Below are positions 37,208 to 47,578 of a stretch of 64,000 nt of DNA, in pieces. The notes under the pieces are model-generated. The model had not been told where the DNA came from and ran no database searches. It saw nothing but the letters and a program-made list of their open reading frames with translations. This DNA is from an uncultured Flavonifractor sp. (GTDB taxonomy: Bacteria; Bacillota; Clostridia; Oscillospirales; Oscillospiraceae): NCBI RefSeq assembly GCF_944385615.1, contig NZ_CALWXV010000003.1, positions 31,323-95,322 of the forward strand, given 5' to 3'. Made by a program: the position numbers and the translations under genes. The number at the start of each line of letters is the position of its first letter. Positions within the stretch are counted from its first letter, which is position 1.

Positions 37208-40200
37208 TTACTTCACCACCACATTTTCCGGTCCCAGCAGTTCCCGCAGCTCGTCGGCCAGGGCCGGATGGATCACACAGGGGGTGGACAGACGTTTTCC
37301 CGTGTCGTCGCACTTGACGACCAGCTGCTCCGTGCCGGGGAACATGGTAAGAATCAGCCGGATCTTGCGCCAGCGGGGGTCCTCCAGCCCGGGAATACGG
37401 ATGTAGAGCCGTCTGGGCTTGATCTGGGGCGGAGGCGTCTCAGGTCCACCCCCCTCCCGCAGGTGGTCCAGGGGACGCACCCGGTCGCACATGAGCTGGG
37501 GAGCCTTTTCATCCCGCACCGAGATACGCCCCTCAGCCAGCAGGGGCATATTTTCCTTGAGATAGGGACCGCACTCTCCCAGAGCCCGGGAGAACACCAG
37601 CATCTCCATGGAGCCGGTGTCATCCTCTAAAGTGACGTAGGCCATTAGGGTGTTGTTCCGGGTGGTGCGGGTGCGGGAGGCCGACACCACTCCGGCGATG
37701 GTGATCCGCTGCTCGTCCCGGTAGGTAGTAGGACCGCCCTCCTGGTCAAAGTCGGAGAGGATGGCCCCGATCGGGGCGGCTTTCAGAGTCTTGACCAGCT
37801 CCCGGTACTCGTCCATGGGGTGGCCGGTGAGGTAGAGACCGGTCGTCTCCTTCTCCATGGTCATCAGCTCCCGGCGGGAAAACTCCGGGATGTTTTTCAG
37901 CACCAGCTGGGGAGAGCTCTGAGGCTCATCCCCACCGCCGCCGAACAGGTCAAACTGACCCTCCAGATTTTTGCGCTTATTCTGGGCGATGGCATCCACC
38001 AGAGACTCATAGGCGTCCAGCAGCTGAGAGCGGAAGACCCCCATACTGTCAAAGGCGCCGCACTTGATGAGACTTTCCAGCACCCGCTTGTTCAAATCCG
38101 CGTCGAACATCCGCTGGCAGAAGTCAGGGAAATTTGTAAAGGGTCCTGCCTTTTCACGTTCTGACAGCACAGCGTTGATGAAGCCGCGGCCCACACCCTT
38201 TAATGCTACCAGACCAAAACGCAGGTGGTCCCCGGCCACAGTGAAGTCAGCTCCCGACTCGTTGATATCAGGGGGGAGAAGGGTAATACCGCAGTCCTTA
38301 CACTCGGCGATGTACTCCGCCACCTTTTCACTGGAGTCCAGCACCGAGGTGAGGAGGGCAGCCATGTACTCCTTGGTATAGTGGCACTTGAACCAGGCGG
38401 TGTGGTAGGCCACGATGGCATAGCTTACCGCGTGGGCCTTGTTGAAGGCATACTGGGCAAAGGCTTCGATCTCGTCGTAAATATCCTCGGCGGTCTGTTG
38501 GGGGATGCCGTTGGCGGTACACCCGGCAATATTCCGCTCCGGGTCGCCGTGGACAAAGGTATGCCGCTCCTTTTCGATCTGGGCTTTTTTCTTTTTGGAG
38601 ATGGCCCGGCGCACCATGTCGGCCTGGCCCATGGTGTATCCCGCCAGCCGGCGGAAGATCTCGATGACCTGCTCCTGATAGACGATACAGCCATAGGTCA
38701 CCGACAGAATGGGCTCCAGGGCAGGGTGCTTGTACTTTACCTTGTCCGGATTGTGCTTGCAGGCGATGAATCGGGGGATGGAGTCCATGGGGCCGGGGCG
38801 GTAGAGGGCGATGATAGCGGTGATGTCCTCGATGTTGTGGGGCTTCAGGCCCACGCACACCCCGGTCATGCCGGTGGATTCCATCTGGAACACGCCGGAG
38901 GTTTTGCCGTCGGACAGCATCTGGAACACGGCCGGGTCGTTGTCGGGAATGTCCGCCAGAGAGAACCCGGGCTGTTTCTGAGCCACCAGCTTGACGGTAT
39001 CGTCCAGAATGGTCAGGTTGCGCAGCCCCAGAAAATCCATTTTGAGAAGGCCCAGTTCTTCCAGCGTGGTCATAACGTACTGCGTGACCACCGACTCGTC
39101 GTTTTTTGCCAAAGGTACATAGTCCACCACCGGGCGCCGGGTAATGACCACTCCGGCGGCATGAGTGGAGGCGTGGCGGGGCATCCCTTCGATGGCCTTG
39201 GCGGTGTCGATGAGGGATTTGATCCGCTCGTCCCCTTCGTAGGCCTCCCGCAGGGGCTTGGACAGCTTGAGGGCCTCGTCCAGGGTGATGTGAAGGGCGC
39301 CGGGGCCGCTGGGCACCTGTTTGGCCACCGTGTCCACATCGGCGTAGGGGATATTCAGGGCCCGGCCCACGTCCCGGATGGCCCCCCGGGCGGCCATGGT
39401 GCCGAAGGTGACGATTTGGGCCACATGGTCTTCGCCGTACTTGCGCTGAACATACTCAATGACCTCCTGCCGGCGGCGGATACAGAAGTCAATGTCGATA
39501 TCGGGCATGGTGACTCGCTCGGGGTTGAGAAAGCGCTCGAAGTAAAGGGAGTATTTCATGGGGTCCACGTCGGTGATGTCCATACAGTAGGCCACCATGG
39601 AGCCTGCCGCCGAGCCCCGGCCGGGGCCCACCGGGATGCCCTGGCTTTTAGCATACCCAATAAAGTCGGAGACAATCAGAAAATAGTCCACAAACCCCAT
39701 CTGACGGATGACCCCCATCTCGTAGGTCAGCCGGTCCCGGTAGCCCTCCGGGTCATCGGGATAGCGGCGAGCGTAGCCCCGCTGACACAGCTCTTCAAAG
39801 TAGGCGTCTCCGTCGGTATACCCATCAGGCAGTTTGAATTCCGGCAGGTGATAGGTGCCGAACTGGAAGTCCATATTGCACAGCTCGGCGATCTTCAGGG
39901 TGTTTTCCACCGCCTCCGGGTAGTCGGGAAAGAGAGCGGCCATCTCCTCGGTGGATTTGACGTACAGCTCACTGGTCTCCATTTTCAGACGGTTGGGGTC
40001 GTCCACCGTCTTGCCCATCTGGATGCACATCAGGGTATCCTGCATCCGGGCGTCCTCCCGGCGCAGGTAGTGGGCGTCGTTGGTGACCACCAGGGGGATA
40101 CCAGTCTCCTGGTGGAGGCGGATCAGGCCCTGATTGATGGCCGGGTCGTTGGGCAGGTTGTGGTCCTGGAGCTCCAGATAATAGCCATCCTCCCCAAAGA

Positions 40201-40690
40201 GCTCTCGCATCTCCAGAGCGGCGGCTTTGGCTCCGGCATAGTCGCCTGCCAGGATGCGCCGGGGTACCTCGCCGGACTGGCAGGCCGACAGGGCGATAAG
40301 CCCCCCAGCGTGTTGCCGCAGTAACTCCTTATCAATGCGGGGCCTGATGTAAAAGCCTTCGGTGAAGGCATAGGAGTCCAGATAGCACAGATTGCGGTAG
40401 CCCTCTTCATTGCGGCACAGGAGGATCAGGTGATACATGGCGGCGTCCAGCTCGTGGACCCGATCGGTGCGGCTCCGGGGGGCCACATATACCTCACAGC
40501 CAATGATGGGCTTGATCCCCTCCGCTTTGCAGGCCTTGTAGAAGTCCACCACGCCGTACATCACCCCGTGGTCGGTGATGGCCACGGCGGGCTGGCCCAG
40601 CTCCTTTACCCGCTTGACCAGCAGGGGGATGCGGCAGGCGCCGTCCAGCAGGGAAAACTCGGTATGGACATGCAGGTGGACAAAGGACAT
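37208..40690 (-). CDS. dnaE: DNA polymerase III alpha subunit
   Basis: FVHLHVHTEFSLLDGA PHP domain, GPGRGSAAGS, MPDIDIDF, GLLKMDFLGLRNLT, AFNKAHA, QFDLF. Confidence 0.98.
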   Translation of the reverse strand: MSFVHLHVHTEFSLLDGACRIPLLVKRVKELGQPAVAITDHGVMYGVVDFYKACKAEGIKPIIGCEVYVAPRSRTDRVHELDAAMYHLILLCRNEEGYRNLCYLDSYAFTEGFYIRPRIDKELLRQHAGGLIALSACQSGEVPRRILAGDYAGAKAAALEMRELFGEDGYYLELQDHNLPNDPAINQGLIRLHQETGIPLVVTNDAHYLRREDARMQDTLMCIQMGKTVDDPNRLKMETSELYVKSTEEMAALFPDYPEAVENTLKIAELCNMDFQFGTYHLPEFKLPDGYTDGDAYFEELCQRGYARRYPDDPEGYRDRLTYEMGVIRQMGFVDYFLIVSDFIGYAKSQGIPVGPGRGSAAGSMVAYCMDITDVDPMKYSLYFERFLNPERVTMPDIDIDFCIRRRQEVIEYVQRKYGEDHVAQIVTFGTMAARGAIRDVGRALNIPYADVDTVAKQVPSGPGALHITLDEALKLSKPLREAYEGDERIKSLIDTAKAIEGMPRHASTHAAGVVITRRPVVDYVPLAKNDESVVTQYVMTTLEELGLLKMDFLGLRNLTILDDTVKLVAQKQPGFSLADIPDNDPAVFQMLSDGKTSGVFQMESTGMTGVCVGLKPHNIEDITAIIALYRPGPMDSIPRFIACKHNPDKVKYKHPALEPILSVTYGCIVYQEQVIEIFRRLAGYTMGQADMVRRAISKKKKAQIEKERHTFVHGDPERNIAGCTANGIPQQTAEDIYDEIEAFAQYAFNKAHAVSYAIVAYHTAWFKCHYTKEYMAALLTSVLDSSEKVAEYIAECKDCGITLLPPDINESGADFTVAGDHLRFGLVALKGVGRGFINAVLSEREKAGPFTNFPDFCQRMFDADLNKRVLESLIKCGAFDSMGVFRSQLLDAYESLVDAIAQNKRKNLEGQFDLFGGGGDEPQSSPQLVLKNIPEFSRRELMTMEKETTGLYLTGHPMDEYRELVKTLKAAPIGAILSDFDQEGGPTTYRDEQRITIAGVVSASRTRTTRNNTLMAYVTLEDDTGSMEMLVFSRALGECGPYLKENMPLLAEGRISVRDEKAPQLMCDRVRPLDHLREGGGPETPPPQIKPRRLYIRIPGLEDPRWRKIRLILTMFPGTEQLVVKCDDTGKRLSTPCVIHPALADELRELLGPENVVVK

Positions 40691-40724
40691 GGATATACCT
40701 CCTATTGTGGGGTGGTGCGGTCTG

Positions 40725-40988
40725 TCAGCAGATGGTGATGTCCGAGCGGCACTTGGGGCAGGTGACTTCTCCCTCCAGCTTGACCTTCAGGGCCTCCTGA
40801 AGAATAAACTTGCGGCAATGAGGGCAGCGGAGCTTGCCCTGGGCCAGGATGCAGATGACCACGCCATCCACCAGGGCCAGCGCGAACAGGGGACTGAGGC
40901 GGAACACAAAGCTGCACAGGATCAGCAGCACAAAAGCGATCATACAGCCCCAGAAGATGTTTTTCCAGGTTTGAGTCAAGGTAATCAT
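40725..40988 (-). CDS. Small membrane protein with C-terminal zinc ribbon
   Basis: GAGGAG RBS; two hydrophobic segments then CPHC...CPKC; lies between whiA and dnaE on the same strand. Confidence 0.7.
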   Translation of the reverse strand: MITLTQTWKNIFWGCMIAFVLLILCSFVFRLSPLFALALVDGVVICILAQGKLRCPHCRKFILQEALKVKLEGEVTCPKCRSDITIC

Positions 40989-41013
40989 AACCAGTTTCTC
41001 CTCTCTGGCCCAA

Positions 41014-41907
41014 TCAGGAACGGGCCAGTTCCATCAGCTTGCGCAGCCGGTGGTTGAAGGCGGATTTACTGACAGGCGGATCGCACAACTCTGCCAGTTG
41101 GGACAGGGTGAGCTCCGGATGGGCCATCCGCAGGTCTACCGCTTCCTTCAGCTTGGCGGGCAGCTCCTCCAGCATTCCACGGGCCTCCAGCTTATAGATG
41201 GCCTCGATCTGTCCCTGCGCGGCGTCCACTGCCTTATCCAGATTGGCGGCGTCGCAGTTGACCCGGCGGTTGACGCTGCCCCGCAGGTCCTTTTCCGCCT
41301 TGGCGTTCATCAGCGCCATAGCGGCCAGTGGGGCCCCCATGGCGGTGAGCACATCCTCAATGGCGTTGCTCTGCTTGAAATAGGTGATGGCGTTGGCCTT
41401 GCGGCGGCTGGCCTTGGGGGAGAAGCCCATCTCCAGCAGCAGAGCGTATAACTCCCGGCTGACCGACAGGTGGGAGGTGGCCAGCTCCAGATGATAGCGC
41501 TTGGCCGGGTCGGTGACCGAGCCTCCCGCCAGAAAGGCCCCCCGCAGGAAGGCGGTACGGCAGTGATCTTCCTCCAGCACGGCAAAGTTGATGTGGTGGA
41601 CCAGGGCCTCCGCCGGATCATGGCCGAAAACCGACCACAAGGCGGACAGCTTGTCCGGGTGGGTGATGGAAAAGACGCGCTTGCCCGCCCCTGGGTTGGG
41701 CAGGCGGTCAAAGCGCGCCTGAAAGGCTTTTTGAAAGAGCTGAGGCAGCCGGTCGGCAAATTCCGGGGATTCGGTGGTGATACGCACCTCAGCAGGGGTG
41801 GACAGGGAACAGTAGAGCAGCACGCCGTAGGCCTCCGCCTGGGCGCAGCACTTGCGGTTGAGGGGGGCGCGGCACAGCTCGGCCTTCACCTGGGTGGAAA
41901 AGGACAT
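41014..41907 (-). CDS. whiA: WhiA family DNA-binding / cell division protein
   Basis: MSFSTQVKAEL, FLRGAFLAGGSVTDP...YHLE, NRRVNCDAANLDK, SKSAFNHRLRKL. Confidence 0.95.
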   Translation of the reverse strand: MSFSTQVKAELCRAPLNRKCCAQAEAYGVLLYCSLSTPAEVRITTESPEFADRLPQLFQKAFQARFDRLPNPGAGKRVFSITHPDKLSALWSVFGHDPAEALVHHINFAVLEEDHCRTAFLRGAFLAGGSVTDPAKRYHLELATSHLSVSRELYALLLEMGFSPKASRRKANAITYFKQSNAIEDVLTAMGAPLAAMALMNAKAEKDLRGSVNRRVNCDAANLDKAVDAAQGQIEAIYKLEARGMLEELPAKLKEAVDLRMAHPELTLSQLAELCDPPVSKSAFNHRLRKLMELARS

Positions 41908-41920
41908 GAAGCTGCCCTCC

Positions 41921-42937
41921 TTACAGGACCCGGGTGGAGGCCCGTTCCTGATACAGGTCCATCACAGCGGCGGATAGCCGGGCGAAGGAGTGGCGGGCGT
42001 AATCCAGGGTCTCGGAGGCCAGGGGCCGGGTAACCAGCTCCACCCCCAGGGCTTCAATCGCCTCTTTATCCACCACAATGGGGGCGGCGTCCTCCTCCCG
42101 GTACCGCTCCAACAGGCCGGGCCGCACTGGGGCGGAGTTGCACAGGCAGATGTCGATCAGACAGGGGCCGGAGTGGCGCAGCAGGGCCTTCACATGGTCG
42201 GAGGCGGTCATGCCCTCGGTCTCGCCGTCCTGGGTCATGATATTACAGATGTAGATCTTTATGGCCTTGGAGGCGCACACCGCCTCCGAGATGCCGTCCA
42301 CCAGCAGGTTGGGAATGACGCTGGTATACAGGCTGCCGGGGCCCAGCAGGATCAGATCGGCCTGTCCGATGGCCTCAATGGCCTGAGGCAGGGCCTGGGG
42401 GTGTTCAGGCAGCAGACGTACGCTCTCAATCCGGCAGTCCTGGGCCTTTTTGAAGTCGCTGATCTTGGACTCTCCCTGGACTTTGGTGCCATTTTCAAAG
42501 GTGGCCTCCAGTACCACGTCGGCGTTGGTCACCGGTAATACCCGTCCTGTAATGGCTAGGACCTGGCTCATTTTGGACACCGCCTCGTCAAAGGAGCCGG
42601 AAATGCCGTTGAGGGCGGCCAGGATCAGATTGCCGAAGGACTGGCCGGTGAGATTGCCAGAGCCCTGGGGAAAGCGGTAGGTCAAAAGCTGCTGCATCAC
42701 CGGCTCGGCGTTGGCCAGGGCCTCCATACAGTGGCGGATATCCCCCGGAGGGGGCATCCCCAGATCCTGCCGCAGCATCCCGGAGCCGCCGCCGTCATCG
42801 GCCACAGTGACGATGGCGGTCAGATTTTTGGTGTGGTTCTTCAGACCCCGCAGCATGGTGGACAGGCCGGTGCCGCCGCCAATGGCGACGATCTTGGGGC
42901 CCTGGGCCCAGCGGCGCTCATAAAAGGATTGATACAC
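41921..42937 (-). CDS. yvcK: YvcK/GlmR UDP-GlcNAc-binding protein
   Basis: IGGGTGL, VTVADDGGGSG, PPGDIR, GPGSLYTS. Confidence 0.95.
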   Translation of the reverse strand: MYQSFYERRWAQGPKIVAIGGGTGLSTMLRGLKNHTKNLTAIVTVADDGGGSGMLRQDLGMPPPGDIRHCMEALANAEPVMQQLLTYRFPQGSGNLTGQSFGNLILAALNGISGSFDEAVSKMSQVLAITGRVLPVTNADVVLEATFENGTKVQGESKISDFKKAQDCRIESVRLLPEHPQALPQAIEAIGQADLILLGPGSLYTSVIPNLLVDGISEAVCASKAIKIYICNIMTQDGETEGMTASDHVKALLRHSGPCLIDICLCNSAPVRPGLLERYREEDAAPIVVDKEAIEALGVELVTRPLASETLDYARHSFARLSAAVMDLYQERASTRVL

Positions 42938-42950
42938 GGCGGCTCCTCCT

Positions 42951-43811
42951 TTATGCTCGGGTCATATCCCGGTGGTTTTCGGTGGCTTGATAGCCCTTTT
43001 GCTTGATAAACTCGGCCAGAGCGTGGGTGATGGCCACAGAGCGGTGCTGTCCGCCGGTACAGCCCACGGCAATGACCAGCGCGGCCTTACCCTCCGCCAC
43101 ATAGAGGGGGAGGAGAAAGCCGATGAGATTTTCCAGATAGGTCATGAAGTCAGTGGTCTGTCGGTAGCCGAATACGAAATCATACACCCCGTCGTCCAGG
43201 CCGGTCTGATGGCGCAGCTCTGCGATATAGTAAGGGTTGGGCAGAAAGCGCACGTCAAATACCAGGTCGGCCTCAATGGGGATGCCGTACTTAAACCCGA
43301 AGGAGATCACACTGACGCTCATCTCCGGGGTGTCCCCGCCGTGACCGAAGAGCCGCAGTACCTCCCCACGCAGCTTGGCGGTGGAGAGAGCGGAGGTGTC
43401 AATGATGTATTCCGCCCGCTGCCGGACCGGGGTCAGGACGGTGCGCTCCAGCCGAACCGCCTCGTCCAAAGAGTGGGCCGAGCCGGCCAGAGGATGGCCC
43501 CGGCGGGTCTCTTTATAGCGTTTGATGATGGTCTCCACACTGGCCTCTACAAAGAGGATCTTGTAGGCGCATCCCATGTCTTTCAGGGCATCCAGGGCGG
43601 AGAACAGTCCGTCAAAGGTCTGGCCGCCCCGGATATCGGTGACCAGGGCCACTTGATCATACCGGGCGGGATTGGCCATGCATAGCTCGGCAAATTTGGG
43701 GATCAGCGGGGCGGGCATGTTGTCCACCACATAAAATCCAATGTCCTCCAGAAAGGAGGCAGCCTTACTCTTTCCGGCACCGGACAGGCCGGAAATAATG
43801 ATAAAATCCAT
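42951..43811 (-). CDS. rapZ: RNase adapter RapZ (YvcJ)
   Basis: SGLSGAGKS P-loop, SFGFKYG, DVRFLPNPY, GCTGGQHRS. Confidence 0.96.
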   Translation of the reverse strand: MDFIIISGLSGAGKSKAASFLEDIGFYVVDNMPAPLIPKFAELCMANPARYDQVALVTDIRGGQTFDGLFSALDALKDMGCAYKILFVEASVETIIKRYKETRRGHPLAGSAHSLDEAVRLERTVLTPVRQRAEYIIDTSALSTAKLRGEVLRLFGHGGDTPEMSVSVISFGFKYGIPIEADLVFDVRFLPNPYYIAELRHQTGLDDGVYDFVFGYRQTTDFMTYLENLIGFLLPLYVAEGKAALVIAVGCTGGQHRSVAITHALAEFIKQKGYQATENHRDMTRA

Positions 43812-43822
43812 GGGAACTCACC

Positions 43823-44737
43823 TCAAAAACCCAAAAACTTGACTTCCGGTTCCAGAGCCACGCCGGTCTCCCGGAGGACGGTGCTCTGAACCAGCTCCAT
43901 GAGCCGGCGCACATCGTCGGCGGTAGCGCCACCCCGATTGACCACGAAGCCGGCGTGTTTTTCCGATACCTGGGCGCCGCCTACCCCAACGCCTTTCAGG
44001 CCGCACTCCTCAATCAGGGCGGCGGCAAAATATCCCTCGGGCCGTTTAAATGTGCTGCCCGCGCTGGGCAGCTCCAGGGGCTGCTTGGAGCGGCGCTTCT
44101 GGGCCAGCTCATCCATTTTTATCTTGATGATGGAGGGAACACCCTGGGCCAGTTCAAACTCGGCCTCCAGAATGAGATACTCTGGGTGGTCGGTAAACAG
44201 GCTGTGCCGGTAGGTAAGGGCGCACTCCTCCACAGGCAGGGTGACCACCTCACCGGTCTCATTGAGGAAGGTGACGGAAGTCAGTACCTGGACCAGCTCG
44301 CCGCCGTAGGCCCCGGCGTTCATGGTGACGCCGCCGCCCAGCGTGCCGGGGATACCGTGGGCAAACTCCAGACCGGTGAGGCCCCGGCCCCAGGCCGCCA
44401 TGGCCAGCCGGGCCAGAGGGATGCCGCTCTCCGCCCGCAGGCGGTGGCATACCTCCCGTACATCATCAAGACCGGTGGTTTTCAGGACGAAGCCTCCATA
44501 TCCCTTGTCGGATACCAGCAGATCGCTGCCGTTGCCCAGGAAGAAGGGCGTGATGTCCAATTCTCTGGCCGCTCGGACCGCAGCCATGGCCTCCTTCCGG
44601 CTTCTGGGCAGGGCCATCAGCCGGGCGGGGCCGCCGATGCGGAAGGTGGTGTGGGCCGCCATGGGCTCCTGTTCCCGCAGCTCCAGCTGGGGGATGCGGC
44701 GGTTCAGTTCTTGTATCAGTACAGTCAATTGGTCCAT
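43823..44737 (-). CDS. murB: UDP-N-acetylenolpyruvoylglucosamine reductase
   Basis: HTTFRIGG, GIPGTLGG...MNAGAYG, QPLELPSAGSTFKRP, VSEKHAGF, LEPEV. Confidence 0.96.
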   Translation of the reverse strand: MDQLTVLIQELNRRIPQLELREQEPMAAHTTFRIGGPARLMALPRSRKEAMAAVRAARELDITPFFLGNGSDLLVSDKGYGGFVLKTTGLDDVREVCHRLRAESGIPLARLAMAAWGRGLTGLEFAHGIPGTLGGGVTMNAGAYGGELVQVLTSVTFLNETGEVVTLPVEECALTYRHSLFTDHPEYLILEAEFELAQGVPSIIKIKMDELAQKRRSKQPLELPSAGSTFKRPEGYFAAALIEECGLKGVGVGGAQVSEKHAGFVVNRGGATADDVRRLMELVQSTVLRETGVALEPEVKFLGF

Positions 44738-44813
44738 AGGGGCCTCCTTGCCATAAACTTGCATCGTATCAGAGAGTATTATACCAAAAAGCGGAGCGGA
44801 ATAGAAGCGCCTG

Positions 44814-45563
44814 TTACCCCAGACCGAAGGCCTCGAACTGTGCTTTGCTGCCCCGAAAGACGTTCAGGTCAATGAGGGGCTGGGCGCCATGATAGCCCTC
44901 CAGCCGGGCGGAGTGGGAGTACTGCCAGAAGTCCCATTGGGGCAGCAGGGGAAACAGGGTGGGGCTGGAGCACCATACGGGATAGCTGTCATACTTGCCC
45001 CCGGCCAGATAGTTATAGTAGGAGCGGTAGGTGACATACAGGATGGGCTTTGCCCCATAATGCGCCTCCAGCCGTTCCAGCAGGGGGTCCAGAATGGCCT
45101 GGACGTGCTCCTTGTCCGGCGGGGTCTCCAGATACTCCCCATAAAACTCAATGTCCACCACCGGCGGCAGGGCGCCTTCGGTCACTGGGACCATGGAAAT
45201 GAAGTTGTCTGCCTGGGTCTCACCGGGGCTGTCGTAGCTGAGAAAGTGATAGGCGCCGGTGCGCACACCCGCCTCCGCCGCTCCGGCCCAGTTGGCGGAA
45301 AACTGTTTGTCCTGAAGCAAGGAGCCCTCGGTGGCCTTGATAAAGGCAAAGTCCACGCCCTGCTCAGCCAGAGCCGACCAGTCCACAGTCCCCTGGTAGG
45401 AGGACACATCCACCCCAAAGATCTCCCACTGCTCCGGGTTGGACTCGTGGGAATACAGGATCAGGCCCCGCCAGCGCAGCAGCCAGAAGCCCAGAAGGGC
45501 AGCCGCCGCCAGGACCAGCAGAATCAGCAGAAGCCGCCGCAGAATACGGAAAAACCGTCTCAA
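44814..45563 (-). CDS. GH25 family lysozyme/muramidase, membrane anchored
   Basis: GVDVSSYQG, FAFIKATEG, GAYHF, PPVVDIE, FWQYS, IDLNVF; N-terminal TM. Confidence 0.9.
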   Translation of the reverse strand: MRRFFRILRRLLLILLVLAAAALLGFWLLRWRGLILYSHESNPEQWEIFGVDVSSYQGTVDWSALAEQGVDFAFIKATEGSLLQDKQFSANWAGAAEAGVRTGAYHFLSYDSPGETQADNFISMVPVTEGALPPVVDIEFYGEYLETPPDKEHVQAILDPLLERLEAHYGAKPILYVTYRSYYNYLAGGKYDSYPVWCSSPTLFPLLPQWDFWQYSHSARLEGYHGAQPLIDLNVFRGSKAQFEAFGLG

Positions 45564-45636
45564 AAGGCATCACCATCAGATTGGGATTCAATTGTTACTA
45601 TCATACCCGTATATGGGACAAAAGGCAAGAAAAAAC

Positions 45637-45669
45637 AAAGGGGATACCGCCGCGGCGGTATCCCCTTTG
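45637..45669 (-). terminator. Terminator after brnQ
   Basis: CAAAGGGGATACCGCC-G-CGGCGGTATCCCCTTTG hairpin with T-rich tail on the minus strand. Confidence 0.75.
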
Positions 45670-45675
45670 GGAGAT

Positions 45676-46965
45676 TCAGGCCTTTTTGACAGAGAGCAGC
45701 AGCCCCAGCAGAATACCGGCCGCGGCGGGGAGCACCCAACCCAGCCCCATGGAGGCCAGAGGAACCCCTTTCAGGAAGGTAAGGGGAAGGCCGGCGTCCT
45801 TCAGGGCGTAGAGCAGGCTGGCTACGCCGGTAAACAGAATGGCTACCGGATAGACCATCCGCCGCCCCTCCAGCCAGCGCTGGAAGAAGGACAAGGCAAT
45901 GAGCACGATGGCCATGGGGTAGAGCACCCCCAGCACCGGGGCGGACACCGAGATGATCTGGGCCAGACCGGCGTTGGAGATCACCATGCTCACCAGAGCG
46001 AAGAGTACCGCCCAGCCACGGTAGCTCAGCTTGGGAAAGAGGGTGTGGAAGAACTCCCCACAGGAGCTGATAAGCCCCACACATACGTTGAAGCAGGCGA
46101 TGATGAAGATGACCGCCAACAGGGCGTTGCCCATAGGTCCAAACAGCAGCCCCACCACATTGGTGAGGGCGGCGGCGCCGTCGGTGGGATTGGGAACCGC
46201 ACCGCCCGACAGAGCACCGATGTGGGCCAGCATGGCGTAGATAATGAGCAGCATCACCCCGGCGATGATGCCGGAGCGGATGGTGCCTTTGACCACAGCC
46301 TGGTCCTCCTCCACACCTCTGGCCCGGATGTTGACGGCGATGACGATGCCGAAGGCCAGCGCTGCAATGGTGTCCATGGTCTGGTAGCCCTCCAGAAAGC
46401 CCTTTACCACAGGATGGGTCACATAGTCCCCGGTGGCGGCCCCATAGCCGGACAGGGGATTAACCAGACAACCGGCAAAGGTGACCACAATGAGAGCCAC
46501 CAGAATGGGGCAGAGGATCTTGCCCAGCCGGTCGGTGAGCTTTTCCGGCCGCAGAGCCATCACCAGAGCCGCCGCAAAAAATACCAGGGAATAGACCAGC
46601 CGGAAGAGGGAGAGGGGGGCGTCTGGTCCGGCAAAGGGGGGCACAGACATCTCAAAGGAGGTAGTGGCGGTGCGGGGAATGGCCAGACAGGGGCCAATAG
46701 CCAGATAGGTGACGATGGTGAAGGCCTTGGAGAAGAGCGGGTGGACCCGGCTGCACAGCTGGTCCAGGCCCCCGGACCGTGCCGCCGCCACCACACCCAA
46801 TACTGGAAGGCCCACGGCGCTGATGGCAAGGCCCAGAAAGGCGGGCCAGGTGGCGGTTCCCGCCTGGGAAGCGATGCCCGGAGGGAAGATTAGGTTGCCC
46901 GCGCCAAAAAACATGGAGAACAGGGTCAGGCCCACCAGAAGCAGGCTCTTGCCTTTCAGACGCAT
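45676..46965 (-). CDS. brnQ: Branched-chain amino acid transport system II carrier
   Basis: LFSMFFGAGNLIFPP, AIPRTA, EGYQTMDTIAALAFG. Confidence 0.95.
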   Translation of the reverse strand: MRLKGKSLLLVGLTLFSMFFGAGNLIFPPGIASQAGTATWPAFLGLAISAVGLPVLGVVAAARSGGLDQLCSRVHPLFSKAFTIVTYLAIGPCLAIPRTATTSFEMSVPPFAGPDAPLSLFRLVYSLVFFAAALVMALRPEKLTDRLGKILCPILVALIVVTFAGCLVNPLSGYGAATGDYVTHPVVKGFLEGYQTMDTIAALAFGIVIAVNIRARGVEEDQAVVKGTIRSGIIAGVMLLIIYAMLAHIGALSGGAVPNPTDGAAALTNVVGLLFGPMGNALLAVIFIIACFNVCVGLISSCGEFFHTLFPKLSYRGWAVLFALVSMVISNAGLAQIISVSAPVLGVLYPMAIVLIALSFFQRWLEGRRMVYPVAILFTGVASLLYALKDAGLPLTFLKGVPLASMGLGWVLPAAAGILLGLLLSVKKA

Positions 46966-47018
46966 ATACGATCCTCTCTCTTTCCGGGGCGGCAAAGCCG
47001 CCGCCCGCTCAGGGATGT

Positions 47019-47054
47019 AAAAACAGCGGCATACCACTGGTATGCCGCTGTTTT
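47019..47054 (-). terminator. Terminator after ferredoxin
   Basis: AAAACAGCGGCATACC-ACT-GGTATGCCGCTGTTTT. Confidence 0.8.
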
Positions 47055-47071
47055 CTTACGCAATGTACCAA

Positions 47072-47242
47072 TTAGCCCTGGGAAATAGCACCCGTGGGGC
47101 AGGTATCGGCACAAGTACCGCAGTCGATGCAGGAACCGGCATCGATTACGTAGTGGTCATCGCCCTGAGCGATCGCGCCAACGGGGCAAGCGCCCTCACA
47201 AGCGCCACAGCTCACGCAAGCGTCGCTGATGACATAGGCCAT
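47072..47242 (-). CDS. Clostridial-type 2[4Fe-4S] ferredoxin
   Basis: MAYVISDACVSCGACEGACP...CIDCGTCADTCP, 56 aa; GGAGGT RBS. Confidence 0.95.
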   Translation of the reverse strand: MAYVISDACVSCGACEGACPVGAIAQGDDHYVIDAGSCIDCGTCADTCPTGAISQG

Positions 47243-47386
47243 TGGATCCACCTCCAAACTTCAAAGCTAACGCTATTGTATCATAACTTTTCAAAATTGC
47301 AATGCTAAAATGTGCGTGCAATGGGTATATTTTTTTCTGGCGGGAAAAATGATAATTGCGATGCATAGCCGGAAGGGAGCGATCCA

Positions 47387-47578
47387 ATGGACAAAGCGTC
47401 GACATTCCGCATGGAGGCGGCGGGGGATCTGACCCCGGAGCTGAATGGAGCCCCCCGCAGCGGGGCCCATCCGCACAGAACAAAGGAAAAGGGGCGTGGC
47501 ACAGGGTATGAAGCCCGTCAAGAAAAAGCGCAGGTTCTTCCCATGGATGAGGAGCCGGCGAGGCGAGAGCATGAATGA
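47387..47578 (+). CDS. Small hydrophilic protein (63 aa) overlapping the clpC start
   Basis: GGAAGGGAG RBS 7 nt upstream of ATG; stop overlaps clpC start (ATGAATGA). Confidence 0.5.
   Translation: MDKASTFRMEAAGDLTPELNGAPRSGAHPHRTKEKGRGTGYEARQEKAQVLPMDEEPARREHE

Noticed and set aside
38225-40324. 699-aa plus-strand ORF
   Set aside because: Antisense shadow of dnaE
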